This document shows positions 30,056 through 39,921 of a stretch of 64,000 nucleotides of DNA, piece after piece. The notes below the pieces were generated by a model, which searched no databases, was not told where the DNA came from, and saw nothing but the letters and a program-made list of their open reading frames with translations. Each line of letters starts with the position of its first letter. The stretch's first letter is position 1. The position numbers and the translations under genes were made by a program. Origin of the DNA: Deinococcales bacterium (GTDB taxonomy: Bacteria > Deinococcota > Deinococci > Deinococcales > JAAFIG01); NCBI GenBank assembly GCA_031414595.1, contig JANNVX010000075.1, positions 1 through 64,000 of the forward strand. Direction: 5' to 3'.

Positions 30056-30799
30056 TCATGACTCGAGTGAATGGCGATTCCAGTCTTTGTAAATCAGGTA
30101 ACTCGAGGGTGTACTACCCAATGCTCCAAACCACTGCGGACAATACGCCGCCATATAAATCACATCACCGCTCTGCACGGGATACCAGTTATCCCCAAGA
30201 CGATAAATCCCGCCACCACTCAGCATGTACAAACCGTGTTCCATGACGTGCGTCTCGACCAAACTGAGGTGCGCTCCGGGTTCAAAATTCATGATATTGA
30301 CTGCAAAATCAAAACTTGGTTCGTCTGGTAGTAAGGTCTGCACCAGCACTCGAGGGTCGTTTAATACTGGATTCTTAGCTAAACTTTGAGCATCGGCAAT
30401 GATTATTTCTGGGATTTTGGTGTTGGCAATGGCATTGTACGGTTTTTCAAAAACCACAGCTACGCCACCAAGTTTAGATTCTAAATTATAATCGGCGGTC
30501 AATGGCAAAAAGGCATAAAATCCAGCTTTCAAGAGATGCCTTTTCTTGGCAACCCGCAAGGAAAATTCGCCATCCAGAACATAAATCAGGCTCGAGCAAC
30601 CATCCAAAGCAGGGGCAAAACTCGCGTTTTTTTGCGCCTCGAGACTAAACATTGTAAATCCAGCCCCACAAGCTGGGTTAATATGCACCACTCGAGTCCC
30701 GTTTTGGTCGCCCGGAAAAGGCGCTCGAATAAAAGAATCAGGGGTGAGCAGGGCATGTTCGCGTTCGACACTGGTGCGGGTAAAACCAAATTGCTGCAT
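30056..30799 (-). CDS. allE: (S)-ureidoglycine aminohydrolase (bicupin)
   Basis: VETHVMEHGLY, GD.I.MAAYCPQ, YLIYKD.NR. Confidence 0.9.
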   Translation of the reverse strand: MQQFGFTRTSVEREHALLTPDSFIRAPFPGDQNGTRVVHINPACGAGFTMFSLEAQKNASFAPALDGCSSLIYVLDGEFSLRVAKKRHLLKAGFYAFLPLTADYNLESKLGGVAVVFEKPYNAIANTKIPEIIIADAQSLAKNPVLNDPRVLVQTLLPDEPSFDFAVNIMNFEPGAHLSLVETHVMEHGLYMLSGGGIYRLGDNWYPVQSGDVIYMAAYCPQWFGALGSTPSSYLIYKDWNRHSLES

Positions 30800-30857
30800 G
30801 ACTGATTGTACCGTAATTTAGAGCCAAAGGTTTAGCCTCAACCAAGCAAGTGTAAAA

Positions 30858-31250
30858 CTATTCTAAATCCTTTGGACCAAAACCAAGCGGCAGTAAATCC
30901 CGCACCCTAGACTCGAGAACCTCGCCTTTATGGTTGGTCATGTAAACAAGGGCATCAGGCGAAAATTCAAATAAAATCTGCCGACATGCCCCGCACGGAC
31001 TCGAGGGTGGACTGGCATGGGTAAAGACCGCAATTCGCACAAAGGTCTGCACACCTTCAGAGACCATTTTTTGAATTGCAGTTTGTTCGGCACAACGCCC
31101 CAAGCCGTAACTGGCATTTTCGACATTACAACCTGTAAAAACCAGCCCGTCGCTTGTCTCGAGTGCCGCCCCCACCAAAAACTTGCTGTACGGAGCATAG
31201 GCTCGAACTGAGGCTTCTTGCGCCAAGCTCATCAAGGCTTCTTTGGTCAT
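30858..31250 (-). CDS. cdd: Cytidine deaminase
   Basis: AYAPYS, NVENASY, CAE, PCGACRQ. Confidence 0.96.
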   Translation of the reverse strand: MTKEALMSLAQEASVRAYAPYSKFLVGAALETSDGLVFTGCNVENASYGLGRCAEQTAIQKMVSEGVQTFVRIAVFTHASPPSSPCGACRQILFEFSPDALVYMTNHKGEVLESRVRDLLPLGFGPKDLE

Positions 31251-31301
31251 GGGAACAGTATAAAACTAAAAAGGCAAAAAACGAATTTGCTTTTTAGCCC
31301 T

Positions 31302-32666
31302 TCACCCTTCTGTTCTTAAATTGCGTCCTGTTCGAGTTATTTTATCCTCAAGAATCTCTGGGTCTGGGTTGCCTTGTTTACGCACCCGAATGAGCGATAC
31401 TCGGCGGTCATCGGCAGATTCGACAATAAATTCCCAACCATCATAAACAGTGGTTTCACCGGCTTTAGGAATGTCACCAAAGGCGTGCATAATGAAACCA
31501 GAAACAGTTTCAAATTCGCCTTCATCGTCTTCATTGACCGTAATTTCAAGGAGTTCTTCGACATCACTAAAAGGCATATCAGCTTGTAATAAGTACACAC
31601 CATCAGAAATGGCTTGAAAAGAAGCCACTTCGGGTTCATCGGTCTCGTCGTAAATCTCTCCGACCAGTTCCTCGAGAACATCTTCTAAAGTGGCAAGTCC
31701 ACCTGTGCCTTCGTGTTCGTCTACGACAATTGCCATATGGGTTTTTTTCTCACGCAAACGATTGACAAAATCGCGTAAACCCATGCTTTCTGGTACAAAA
31801 ATCGCTGCCCTCATGATGTCCCGCACGGTACTGTGGTCAAGCGCCTCGAGTTTTCCAAGCACATCGCGGGTGTAGGCGACACCGACAATGTTATCTTTAT
31901 CATCGTCGTAGACTGGGATTCTCGAGTAGCCGTGTTTATTGTACTCATCAAGCAGTTCCCTAAGCGGTACATCGGCTTCGATGGCATTCATTTTGGTACG
32001 TGGGGTCATGATGTTTCGCACGGTTTTATCGCCAAAATCAAAGACATTATAAACAAGTTCTTTTTCGCCTTCGTCAAGCACACCTTGTTGACTAGAGGCA
32101 TTGACAATCATGCGGATTTCGTCCTCGGAGTGGGCAGCGTACTTGCCACCCTCGGCAGGTTTAATCCCAAAAAGCCTAGTTATGCCAGCCCCAGCCCACT
32201 GAAGCGCCCTCGAGATTGGACCAAACACAAAAGCAAAGACCTCGAGCGGTTGAATCAGTGCCATGGCGAGGGTTTCGGCTTTGGCAATGGCAATACTTTT
32301 TGGCACAAGTTCAGCAAAAATAACCGATAAAATCGCGCTGATACCAATCGCAATTGCCAAACTGACCCCATCGGCTAATTTCTCACCAAGTTGTAACTCG
32401 AGCAGTGGTTTGACCAAACCACCAATGGCTGGTTCTGCTACCACACCTGTCAGCAGCGAAACTACTGTAATCCCAAGCTGATTGGCGGCAATAAAAAACC
32501 CAATGTTGCCCTGCGCCCGTTGTACCCGAGCCGCCTGACGCGAACCACGTTCGACCAACTCCTGAATTTTAGTGTGCCTCGCACTGACCAGCGAATACTC
32601 AGCCGCCACAAAAAAGGCATTGACCAAAATCAGAACAACCAAAATACCTAAACCCGTTAATTCCAT
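31302..32666 (-). CDS. Hemolysin-family CNNM/CBS/CorC protein (putative Mg2+/Co2+ transporter)
   Basis: NAFFVAAEY, ELVPK, IMTPR, SRIPVY, VVDE, EDVLEELVGEI; start placed at MELTG. Confidence 0.9.
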   Translation of the reverse strand: MELTGLGILVVLILVNAFFVAAEYSLVSARHTKIQELVERGSRQAARVQRAQGNIGFFIAANQLGITVVSLLTGVVAEPAIGGLVKPLLELQLGEKLADGVSLAIAIGISAILSVIFAELVPKSIAIAKAETLAMALIQPLEVFAFVFGPISRALQWAGAGITRLFGIKPAEGGKYAAHSEDEIRMIVNASSQQGVLDEGEKELVYNVFDFGDKTVRNIMTPRTKMNAIEADVPLRELLDEYNKHGYSRIPVYDDDKDNIVGVAYTRDVLGKLEALDHSTVRDIMRAAIFVPESMGLRDFVNRLREKKTHMAIVVDEHEGTGGLATLEDVLEELVGEIYDETDEPEVASFQAISDGVYLLQADMPFSDVEELLEITVNEDDEGEFETVSGFIMHAFGDIPKAGETTVYDGWEFIVESADDRRVSLIRVRKQGNPDPEILEDKITRTGRNLRTEG

Positions 32667-32812
32667 TTGTGGGCGCACTCCATAACACGCCTCTCCTTGC
32701 ACTGAAACCCATGCAGGAGTCCAAAAACCCAAGCCACCAATTGGCTCGAGACGATGCAAAACACGAGCGCCAAAGCACTTGTTTGATAGTCAAAACTAGG
32801 AGGTTCTTCCAT
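32657..32812 (-). CDS. Putative leader peptide (51 aa, MEEPPS...) overlapping the CNNM start
   Basis: Open frame MEEPPSFDYQ...ECAHKWN*; its stop overlaps the first CNNM codons. Confidence 0.45.
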   Translation of the reverse strand: MEEPPSFDYQTSALALVFCIVSSQLVAWVFGLLHGFQCKERRVMECAHKWN

Positions 32813-32880
32813 ACGCATCACGCGCCGCTAATCAGCGACGCGATACCCCACTATAGCAGATTTTACTTAGCGGCTGCCCC

Positions 32881-32909
32881 TTGACAGTGCAAAATGCCTG
32901 TGCTACCTT
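32881..32909 (+). promoter_or_regulatory. Sigma70-type promoter of tRNA-Lys
   Basis: TTGACA-17nt-TACCTT with extended TG. Confidence 0.8.
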
Positions 32910-32926
32910 TCTATGCGCTGTAACAA

Positions 32927-33077
<151 letters not shown>

Positions 33078-33082
33078 CAGAT

Positions 33083-33109
33083 AAGCCCCGTTATTTACGG
33101 GGCTTTTTT
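33083..33109 (+). terminator. Intrinsic terminator after tRNA-Lys
   Basis: AAGCCCCGT-TATTT-ACGGGGCTTTTTT. Confidence 0.85.
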
Positions 33110-33138
33110 CACTTTTGAAATTTTTACCTGCCTAAACT

Positions 33139-34803
33139 TTAGTCTTCGCTTGTGCCATCATCTGCCATTTTCACAATTCGTGGGTCAAAACGGGCAATCA
33201 CTCTGACCAAATCGGTTTGAGCCTTCATCACGGCTTCGATGTCTTTGTAGGCAAAAGGATTCTCGTCAATGCCCGCCGCCAGTAGCGTCACCCCAGCCGC
33301 CTCGAGCTTGGGACGAACCATCTTCCAATTAAATTGCTCTTTGGCTTTGGTTCGGCTCATGGCACGACCTGCCCCGTGACTGGCACTGTGAAGGCTATTG
33401 GCATTTCCCAGTCCGCGCACCACAAAGCCCGGAGTTGCCATGCTGCCCGGAATCATGCCCAATACCCCTGCACCGGCTGGGGTTGCACCTTTACGGTGGA
33501 CATAGACTTCTTTTGCCACCCCGTCTATTTCGTGGGTCTCGAGCCAAGCAAAATTATGATGATTCTCTACACCCGCCAACACATTCGCACCAATGGCTTT
33601 GACAATTTTTTTGTGAATCAGTGCATGGTTAGCACTGGCGTACTCGCCCATTAAATTCATGGCTGCCCAATATTCTAAACCAGCCTCGCTACTCATCTCG
33701 AGCCAAGCAAGGTGCTTTAATTCCTTGGGCAATTCTGGACGCAAATTCATTGCCAGATTCGAGTAATGATTTGCCACCGCCGCCCCAGCCCCACGTGAAC
33801 CACTATGTGACAAAAGCGCCAGGTATTCGCCAGCCTCGAGACCAAGGTCTGGCTTGGTCAGGGTGACAATGCCAAATTCTACAAAGTGATTGCCGCTTCC
33901 AGAAGTACCAAGTTGCCCTCGGGCTTTGGCAAAAACATCTTTGGTAACCCGAGTAATACTCCAATCGGCATCCAGCACCTCATGCTCGAGCGGACGTTGC
34001 CAAGTCATTCCCGTTCCAAACTTGGTCTCGGTTTCGATGGCACGTTTTAATTCATCAAATTGCCGTGAAAATGCCTTACCGACTGGCATATCAAGAATCG
34101 ATAATTTCATGCGGCAAGCAATATCTACCCCGACCGCATACGGAATAATTGCCCCCTCGGTGGCAAGTACCCCACCGATTGGCAAACCGTACCCTTGGTG
34201 AGCGTCTGGCATCAGCGCTCCACGCACCGCCACAGGCAAACGGGCGGCGTTTTTCATCTGCTCAAGCGCCCCAGCCTCTAAACCCGTTCCCCAAACTTGG
34301 TACGGCACTGGTTCGTCTCGAGCCAAAACAGGGGAGGCGCGAGAAAGTTCGCTTAAAAGTGGTAAAAAATGCCCAGTGTAGTCAGTTGGATTTGCCAACA
34401 TTGCTTTTAGTTCCTCGAGCATTTGGCGCTTCTCTGGGTGAGACTTTAATAGCTGAGCAGTTAAACCCAATGCGGAACGCGGAATGCCAAGCGCCAATAA
34501 TTCTTTTGGTTTCATGATGTTGTCCTTTACTCTAGGCGCAGATTGCACCGCTAAACTGCCAGCTACGGCTGAGGCTTGCCCCGAAGCATCAATTAAATCT
34601 AATTTTGTACGCCGGTCCCATTGTATCCCGCTTGAATTTCGGAGGTACTGGACTCTGTGCCACGGGATTTCAGAATGCGAAAAACCCTCGAAGCTGTTTT
34701 CGCGCAAACCATCGAATCTCGAGTCGTAGCCGACAAAAAAGTCGGTTGGGTCAAAACGCGGGTCATGGGCAATACGATTAAAAATGTCTTTGGCTGGAGT
34801 CAT
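33139..34803 (-). CDS. rtcB: RtcB RNA ligase fused to an N-terminal MJ1316-like domain
   Basis: MPDAHQGYGLPIGG, VGVDIACR, GSGNHF, HSGSRG, HRKGAT, SHGAGR; N-terminal VGYDSRF..IPWHRV..WDR. Confidence 0.9.
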   Translation of the reverse strand: MTPAKDIFNRIAHDPRFDPTDFFVGYDSRFDGLRENSFEGFSHSEIPWHRVQYLRNSSGIQWDRRTKLDLIDASGQASAVAGSLAVQSAPRVKDNIMKPKELLALGIPRSALGLTAQLLKSHPEKRQMLEELKAMLANPTDYTGHFLPLLSELSRASPVLARDEPVPYQVWGTGLEAGALEQMKNAARLPVAVRGALMPDAHQGYGLPIGGVLATEGAIIPYAVGVDIACRMKLSILDMPVGKAFSRQFDELKRAIETETKFGTGMTWQRPLEHEVLDADWSITRVTKDVFAKARGQLGTSGSGNHFVEFGIVTLTKPDLGLEAGEYLALLSHSGSRGAGAAVANHYSNLAMNLRPELPKELKHLAWLEMSSEAGLEYWAAMNLMGEYASANHALIHKKIVKAIGANVLAGVENHHNFAWLETHEIDGVAKEVYVHRKGATPAGAGVLGMIPGSMATPGFVVRGLGNANSLHSASHGAGRAMSRTKAKEQFNWKMVRPKLEAAGVTLLAAGIDENPFAYKDIEAVMKAQTDLVRVIARFDPRIVKMADDGTSED

Positions 34804-34958
34804 AGCGTACCTCGAATCTCGAGAAATCCCCGAGTATGAGCTTATTGTCCAACAAAAAAAGAATTGATGCCTCGGTAAAACAGCCTAGGGATACTAAGCG
34901 GTATGAACAAGAGGCGGTACAAAAAAATTGTATCCAACAGAGGGGAAGGTGAACAAAC

Positions 34959-36434
34959 TCAAAGTTGAATCGGGGCTACGCCTGTCATTTTTGCGCCACG
35001 CAAAATCTCGAGCAGGGCGTTAATCGCTTCTGGGCGGTAGCCAAAGGTAATCAGGGCTGGGGCTGGAACATCGAGTACGTTATAGGCATTCCAAAGCGCC
35101 AAATGTAGGCTTGGTTTGGCGGCTTTAGCTAGGGCTTTTGCCTCAAATGATAAGCGGCGGCGGGTGGTGCTAGCAAAAATAATTGGCTGCATGGTGTTCT
35201 GCACTTGCTCGAGTGCGCCCAACGGATTTTTCTGGTCATAAAAAATGCTTTGAACTTCATAAATACTGGATAAGGCTGCCGCTAAACTCGAGCCTGAGAT
35301 TCCCAGTTCAGATACATTTTCGCTTTGTACTTCTTGGGCAACCAAAAGCGTTAAACTCGAGCCAAGAGCGGGTAACACAGGGTTGTTGTGTGCCACAATG
35401 CCGCGCTGCCAAGCACCCTGCATGATTTTTGAATCGGTGTTCATTTGCTCGAAGCTGTACTCGAGTGGGGCAATTGGGAAACGCTTGGCTAGGTTTTGTA
35501 GGCGTTTAAGGCTTTCTTCTAAGCGCTCAGGGCGAATGCGTCCGTCTCGAGTGGCAGCTTCTAGGGCTTCAAAAGTCTGGATTTGCGATTCTTGGCTGCC
35601 TAGGGCTTCAATCATGTCTGCCCCCGCGAGGATCGATAAAATAGCCGCTTCACCACGTCCATAATTTTTGTCTATCGCATCCATGCCCATGCTGTCAGTG
35701 ACAATCACACCGTTGTACTTGGCGCGTTCACGCAGCAAACCCGTTAAAATTTTTTTAGATAAGGTGGCTGGGAATTCTGGGTCTATGGCTGGGTAAATAA
35801 TATGGGCAGTCATGATGCTGGGTAAATCGGTGGCAACTGCCGCTCGGAATGGCACAAGTTCAAATTCTTCTAAGCCCTCGAGATTGCGAGTCACGGTCGG
35901 CAGGGCAAGGTGTGAATCGAGGTGCGTGTCACCATGTCCGGGGAAGTGCTTAGCACAAGCTGCCACACCAGCACTGATTAGCCCTTCTGCCCAAGCTAAG
36001 CCCAGTGCTGCTACTTGCTTGGGGTTTTCTCCAAAACTGCGGTCTGAAATAACTGGATTGGCTGGATTATTGTTCACATCCAGCACTGGTGCAAAGTTCC
36101 AATTGACCCCCAAAGCCCGTAAGCTGCGCCCAACCAATGCTCCGATTTGCCTTGCCAAAGCGGGGTCGTTGGCTGCCCCTAAGCTCATGGCACTTGGTGC
36201 GTAGGGCAGAAAGTTGGTGCGCCAAACTCCGCCGCCTTCCATGTCTATGGCGAGTAGTAAACGTTCCCCTAAAAGTGCTTTTAACTCGAGAATCAAAGTC
36301 TTTGCCTGCTCGAGCGAAACTAAGTTTTTACGAAACAAAATAATTCCACCGGGTTTATAACGTTCTAAATGGGCTTTGGTTTCGGGACTTAGCTGCGTAT
36401 CGGGAATGTCTACCATCACAAGTTGACCAATCAT
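34959..36434 (-). CDS. nagZ: GH3 beta-N-acetylhexosaminidase
   Basis: DMEGG, NFAPVLD, KHFPGHGDTHLDSH, TDSMGM. Confidence 0.92.
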   Translation of the reverse strand: MIGQLVMVDIPDTQLSPETKAHLERYKPGGIILFRKNLVSLEQAKTLILELKALLGERLLLAIDMEGGGVWRTNFLPYAPSAMSLGAANDPALARQIGALVGRSLRALGVNWNFAPVLDVNNNPANPVISDRSFGENPKQVAALGLAWAEGLISAGVAACAKHFPGHGDTHLDSHLALPTVTRNLEGLEEFELVPFRAAVATDLPSIMTAHIIYPAIDPEFPATLSKKILTGLLRERAKYNGVIVTDSMGMDAIDKNYGRGEAAILSILAGADMIEALGSQESQIQTFEALEAATRDGRIRPERLEESLKRLQNLAKRFPIAPLEYSFEQMNTDSKIMQGAWQRGIVAHNNPVLPALGSSLTLLVAQEVQSENVSELGISGSSLAAALSSIYEVQSIFYDQKNPLGALEQVQNTMQPIIFASTTRRRLSFEAKALAKAAKPSLHLALWNAYNVLDVPAPALITFGYRPEAINALLEILRGAKMTGVAPIQL

Positions 36435-36474
36435 GCGACAAGCATAACCAAAATACGTTAGACTGCGTTCACTT

Positions 36475-36837
36475 GTGGAACTTGATCAGATTTTATCTAA
36501 CTTAGTCGCCAATGTAGATGGCGCAATTGGTGCCGCCCTTGGCGGTATGGACGGCTTACTGATCGAGCAATTCAGTAACGATGCCAAATTAAACTTAAGC
36601 AATGTGATTGCTGAACACAGCAATTTGCTTCGCAGTGCTAGAATCGCGTATGGGGTCAGTTTGGGTGCAGGTGAGGTCAGCGAAATCCAGATTACATCAA
36701 GTAAACTGATTTGCTTTACCAAACGCATCACCGATGATTTTTTTGTAACCTTGGTTCTCGAGCCAAGTGGTAATATCGGCAAAGCAAGATTACTCTTAGA
36801 ACACGCCATCCGTCACCTGAAAGGAATGTTGAGTTAA
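36475..36837 (+). CDS. Roadblock/LC7 domain protein
   Basis: VDGAIGAALGGMDGL..GNIGKAR. Confidence 0.85.
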   Translation: MELDQILSNLVANVDGAIGAALGGMDGLLIEQFSNDAKLNLSNVIAEHSNLLRSARIAYGVSLGAGEVSEIQITSSKLICFTKRITDDFFVTLVLEPSGNIGKARLLLEHAIRHLKGMLS

Positions 36838-37188
36838 ATGTCAAAATGGCTAACCAGTCTGGCTTCAATGCCTCACGTTCTCACCGCCGTGTTGGTCAGT
36901 GACAGTGGCTTAGAAATTGAAGCGGTTGGCGGGGCAGTCATCTCGAGTCAAGTTCTGGCTGCCGAAACCGCTAGTTTGGTTCGTGCCAGCAGTGTGGCTG
37001 GTCAAAACCTTGGTGGTGGTAAGTTGTTTCGTTGGAGTTTTACGACCGATCATTTTGAAGTCATTTCGTTGCGGGTTGGTTTAAGCTATTCGCTGACGGT
37101 TGCGATTCAACGAGGTTCTGACCCGCGCAGTTTACAAGTCGAAATGGCGCGTTTGTCGTTGCAACTGGTTTCGCAACTCGAGGGCTAA
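36838..37188 (+). CDS. Roadblock/LC7 domain protein
   Basis: AVLVSDSGL, LAAE pattern. Confidence 0.8.
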   Translation: MSKWLTSLASMPHVLTAVLVSDSGLEIEAVGGAVISSQVLAAETASLVRASSVAGQNLGGGKLFRWSFTTDHFEVISLRVGLSYSLTVAIQRGSDPRSLQVEMARLSLQLVSQLEG

Positions 37189-37221
37189 CGCTTCTGACCG
37201 CTTTAAGGATAGACTATTGTT

Positions 37222-37581
37222 ATGGATATTCGTGCCTTACTCGAAGAAGTGCTTGGCATCAAAGGAATCACCAGTGTCGCCTTGGTTTCCGAAGACGGCT
37301 TTGTGATTGAGTCCGTAACCACGCCCGGCAACCCGGTTGACCTTGAGTTTTTAGGTGGTGTGGTCACCTCTAGTTTAGCGGCATCGCAAGCCCTAGCCGA
37401 GTTCTTTGGTAAAGGCGAAGTCTCGCAAGTGATGGTTGAATTTGAAGAAGGTCCTGTGCTGCTTGCCCCAGTTGGCGGAGCAAGTTTACTCGCCACCTTG
37501 GACAGCGCTCAGAACTTAGGGCGGGTACGGTTTCAATTAAAAAAATACTTACCGCGACTTACCGAAGCTGCCAAAGCATAA
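37222..37581 (+). CDS. Roadblock/LC7 domain protein
   Basis: ALVSEDGFVIE, NLGRVR. Confidence 0.85.
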   Translation: MDIRALLEEVLGIKGITSVALVSEDGFVIESVTTPGNPVDLEFLGGVVTSSLAASQALAEFFGKGEVSQVMVEFEEGPVLLAPVGGASLLATLDSAQNLGRVRFQLKKYLPRLTEAAKA

Positions 37582-37689
37582 AGGGCTTTGTTTTTTACGG
37601 CGCAAATTTCTTTGATTTGGCGTTTTTCCTTACTCGCTAAAGATGCACCCCCCGAGTTTTAGAGCCTCGAACATGATAAACTATCCGTT

Positions 37690-37932
37690 ATGACCAAAGA
37701 ACTCGTGGCTTACCTAGCCAGTAAAGTAGTGGATAACGCTTCTGCCGTGCGCGTCGAAGCTGTCGGCGATAATTACATCATTCATTGTGCGACAGGCGAA
37801 GAAGGACGGGTGATTGGCAGACAAGGACGGGTCATCCAAGCGATTCGTACCATTGCCAGGGCGGCGGCTGGACCTCGAGAACGGGTTCAAGTGGATGTGG
37901 CTGGCGCATCCAGTAAGCCAGAAGATGAATGA
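37690..37932 (+). CDS. khpA: KH-domain RNA-binding protein
   Basis: GRVIGRQGRVIQAIRT; lies upstream of rimM. Confidence 0.9.
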   Translation: MTKELVAYLASKVVDNASAVRVEAVGDNYIIHCATGEEGRVIGRQGRVIQAIRTIARAAAGPRERVQVDVAGASSKPEDE

Positions 37933-38440
37933 GGTTGACATAATTCTCGAGATGCCCGAGGATTTAATTTCAATTGGGCATTTTACCCAAGCCTTTGGCA
38001 AAGACGGCGCAATGAAGCTCCGCAACAGTGGCGACCCCAGTCATTTGCAAGGACTCAAAAAAGTCTGGCTCGAGCAACATGGTTGGGTAAATGTTCGTAA
38101 ACTCGAGATTTTTAACAATGTGGTGATTCTTAAAATTGCGGGGTACACCCAACGTCATTTGACCGATGACCTGCGTGGACTCGAGGTCTACGCCGAAAAA
38201 ACCGCGATTAAATTACCCGAAGGCAGACACTTTTACCATGATTTAATTGGGCTGCCAGTCGTCACACCAGATGGCTCGAGCCTAGGGGTCTTAAAAAGCA
38301 TGATGGACGCTGGCACAAGCGATATTCTGGTGGTCAGTTACAACAACAAAGAAGTGCTTGTGCCTCTGCAAGCCCCATATGTGCAGATTAAGACTGGAAA
38401 AATAGAAATTGAACCGATTAGCGGTTTGTTTGATGCTTAA
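37925..38440 (+). CDS. rimM: Ribosome maturation factor RimM (start 37925 or 37952)
   Basis: IG...AFG.DG, FYHDLIG, GTSDILVV, LVP. Confidence 0.9.
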   Translation: MNEVDIILEMPEDLISIGHFTQAFGKDGAMKLRNSGDPSHLQGLKKVWLEQHGWVNVRKLEIFNNVVILKIAGYTQRHLTDDLRGLEVYAEKTAIKLPEGRHFYHDLIGLPVVTPDGSSLGVLKSMMDAGTSDILVVSYNNKEVLVPLQAPYVQIKTGKIEIEPISGLFDA

Positions 38441-38460
38441 AATTGGGCTAGACTAAACCC

Positions 38461-38700
38461 ATGATTCAGGTATCAGAAAACTTAGCAGCTAAGCTCGAAG
38501 CTGCGGCACTCGAGCAAGGGGTGAGCAAAGAACGTATTCTCGAGGATGCGCTGAATGCCTTTTTGCGTCAGCCTGTGCGCCGAAATGCCAAAGGATTTAT
38601 TGTTCCGAGTTTTGTCGGTGCGTATGCCAGTGATGAACCCGGTTGGATTGATCGTCATGAAGAACTTCTTTGGAATGAGGAACATGGCAATCATCGCTGA
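38461..38700 (+). CDS. CopG/RHH-type antitoxin
   Basis: Small RHH pattern plus PSFVG..EELLW tail, overlapping a PIN gene. Confidence 0.75.
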   Translation: MIQVSENLAAKLEAAALEQGVSKERILEDALNAFLRQPVRRNAKGFIVPSFVGAYASDEPGWIDRHEELLWNEEHGNHR

Positions 38701-39088
38701 TACAGGTGGGCTTCTTGTCTTACTTGATAAAAAAGACCCTCGACATCAGGCTGCTTTTGATTGTTTAGATGAAAAGTTAATTGTGCCATCGTTAATTCTT
38801 CCTGAAGTTGATTATCTTGCCTCGAGACGTTTGGCGCAAGGCGCGATGAATACATTGCTTTCGAGTTTATTTATTGGTGAGTTTGACTATTATGAAGTTG
38901 ATTTATTTGATTTACAACGCGCTCATGAAATCATGAAGCAATACGCCGATGCTCGAGTTGGTTTAGTGGATGCAGCCGTGGTTGCTGTGGCTGAAAGACT
39001 ACGAATCAATCGAATTCTGACCATTGACCATCGGCATTTTTCGATGTTTAAGCCACGAAATCTGAATTGTCTCGAGTTATTGCCATGA
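38684..39088 (+). CDS. PIN-domain (VapC) toxin
   Basis: [32 protein letters not shown] overlap with trmD. Confidence 0.9.
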   Translation: MAIIADTGGLLVLLDKKDPRHQAAFDCLDEKLIVPSLILPEVDYLASRRLAQGAMNTLLSSLFIGEFDYYEVDLFDLQRAHEIMKQYADARVGLVDAAVVAVAERLRINRILTIDHRHFSMFKPRNLNCLELLP

Positions 39089-39849
39089 AATTTAGTATCC
39101 TGACCCTCTTCCCAGCCCTGCTCGAGCCTTGGACAACAGAAGCCATTCTTGGTAAAGCCATAGAAAAAGGTTTACTCGAGGTGGATATTCTGGATTTTCG
39201 TGGTGTCACCACCGACAAGCACCGAACGGTGGATGACACACCGTATGGCGGCGGGGCGGGGATGGTGCTGCGGGTGGATGTGATGGCTAAGGCACTCGAG
39301 CCTGTAGAAGCCGATGAGATTATTTTGCTTTCGCCAGCCGGAGTGCCTTTTGACCAAAAAATGGCAGAGGAACTATCCACCAAAAAACATATTGCTATTT
39401 TGTGTGGGCGTTACGAGGGCTTTGACTCGAGAATTGAAAGTTTGGTGACAAGAGAAGTCAGCTTGGGCGATTTTGTGATGATGGGCGGTGAAGCAGCCGC
39501 CGTTTGTCTACTCGAGGCAGTGGCGCGGTTATTGCCGAATGTGCTTGGCGACGCGGCTTCGCATATCGAAGACAGTTTCTCGAGTGGAATCCTTGATTAC
39601 CCAGAGTACACCCGCCCACTCGAGTGGAATGGTTTGACCGTGCCAGAGATTTTGCGTGGTGGCAACCATGCGGCAATTGCCCGTTGGCGGCGGCTCGAGG
39701 CACTGCGCCGTACCTTGGCGCGTCGTCCAGACCTGATTCCAAATGGTCTGCGTGACACCGATGCAGTCTTGCTGCTCGAGCTTGGGGTCTTGGAAGAACA
39801 AATTCTGGCTTGGGGCTTGGTATTACCAAAAAAGAAACGAAAGCGTTAG
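39085..39849 (+). CDS. trmD: tRNA (guanine37-N1)-methyltransferase
   Basis: [30 protein letters not shown]. Confidence 0.97.
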   Translation: MKFSILTLFPALLEPWTTEAILGKAIEKGLLEVDILDFRGVTTDKHRTVDDTPYGGGAGMVLRVDVMAKALEPVEADEIILLSPAGVPFDQKMAEELSTKKHIAILCGRYEGFDSRIESLVTREVSLGDFVMMGGEAAAVCLLEAVARLLPNVLGDAASHIEDSFSSGILDYPEYTRPLEWNGLTVPEILRGGNHAAIARWRRLEALRRTLARRPDLIPNGLRDTDAVLLLELGVLEEQILAWGLVLPKKKRKR

Positions 39850-39921
39850 TCACGAAGTATTGGCTCTTTCTAAGTGCTATTTTTCAATTTTGGTCTATGC
39901 TGAATGGGCAAAGGAGAGCAG

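Noticed and set aside
34804-34958. DdrO radiation-response motif upstream of rtcB
   Set aside because: No convincing 17-bp palindrome found.
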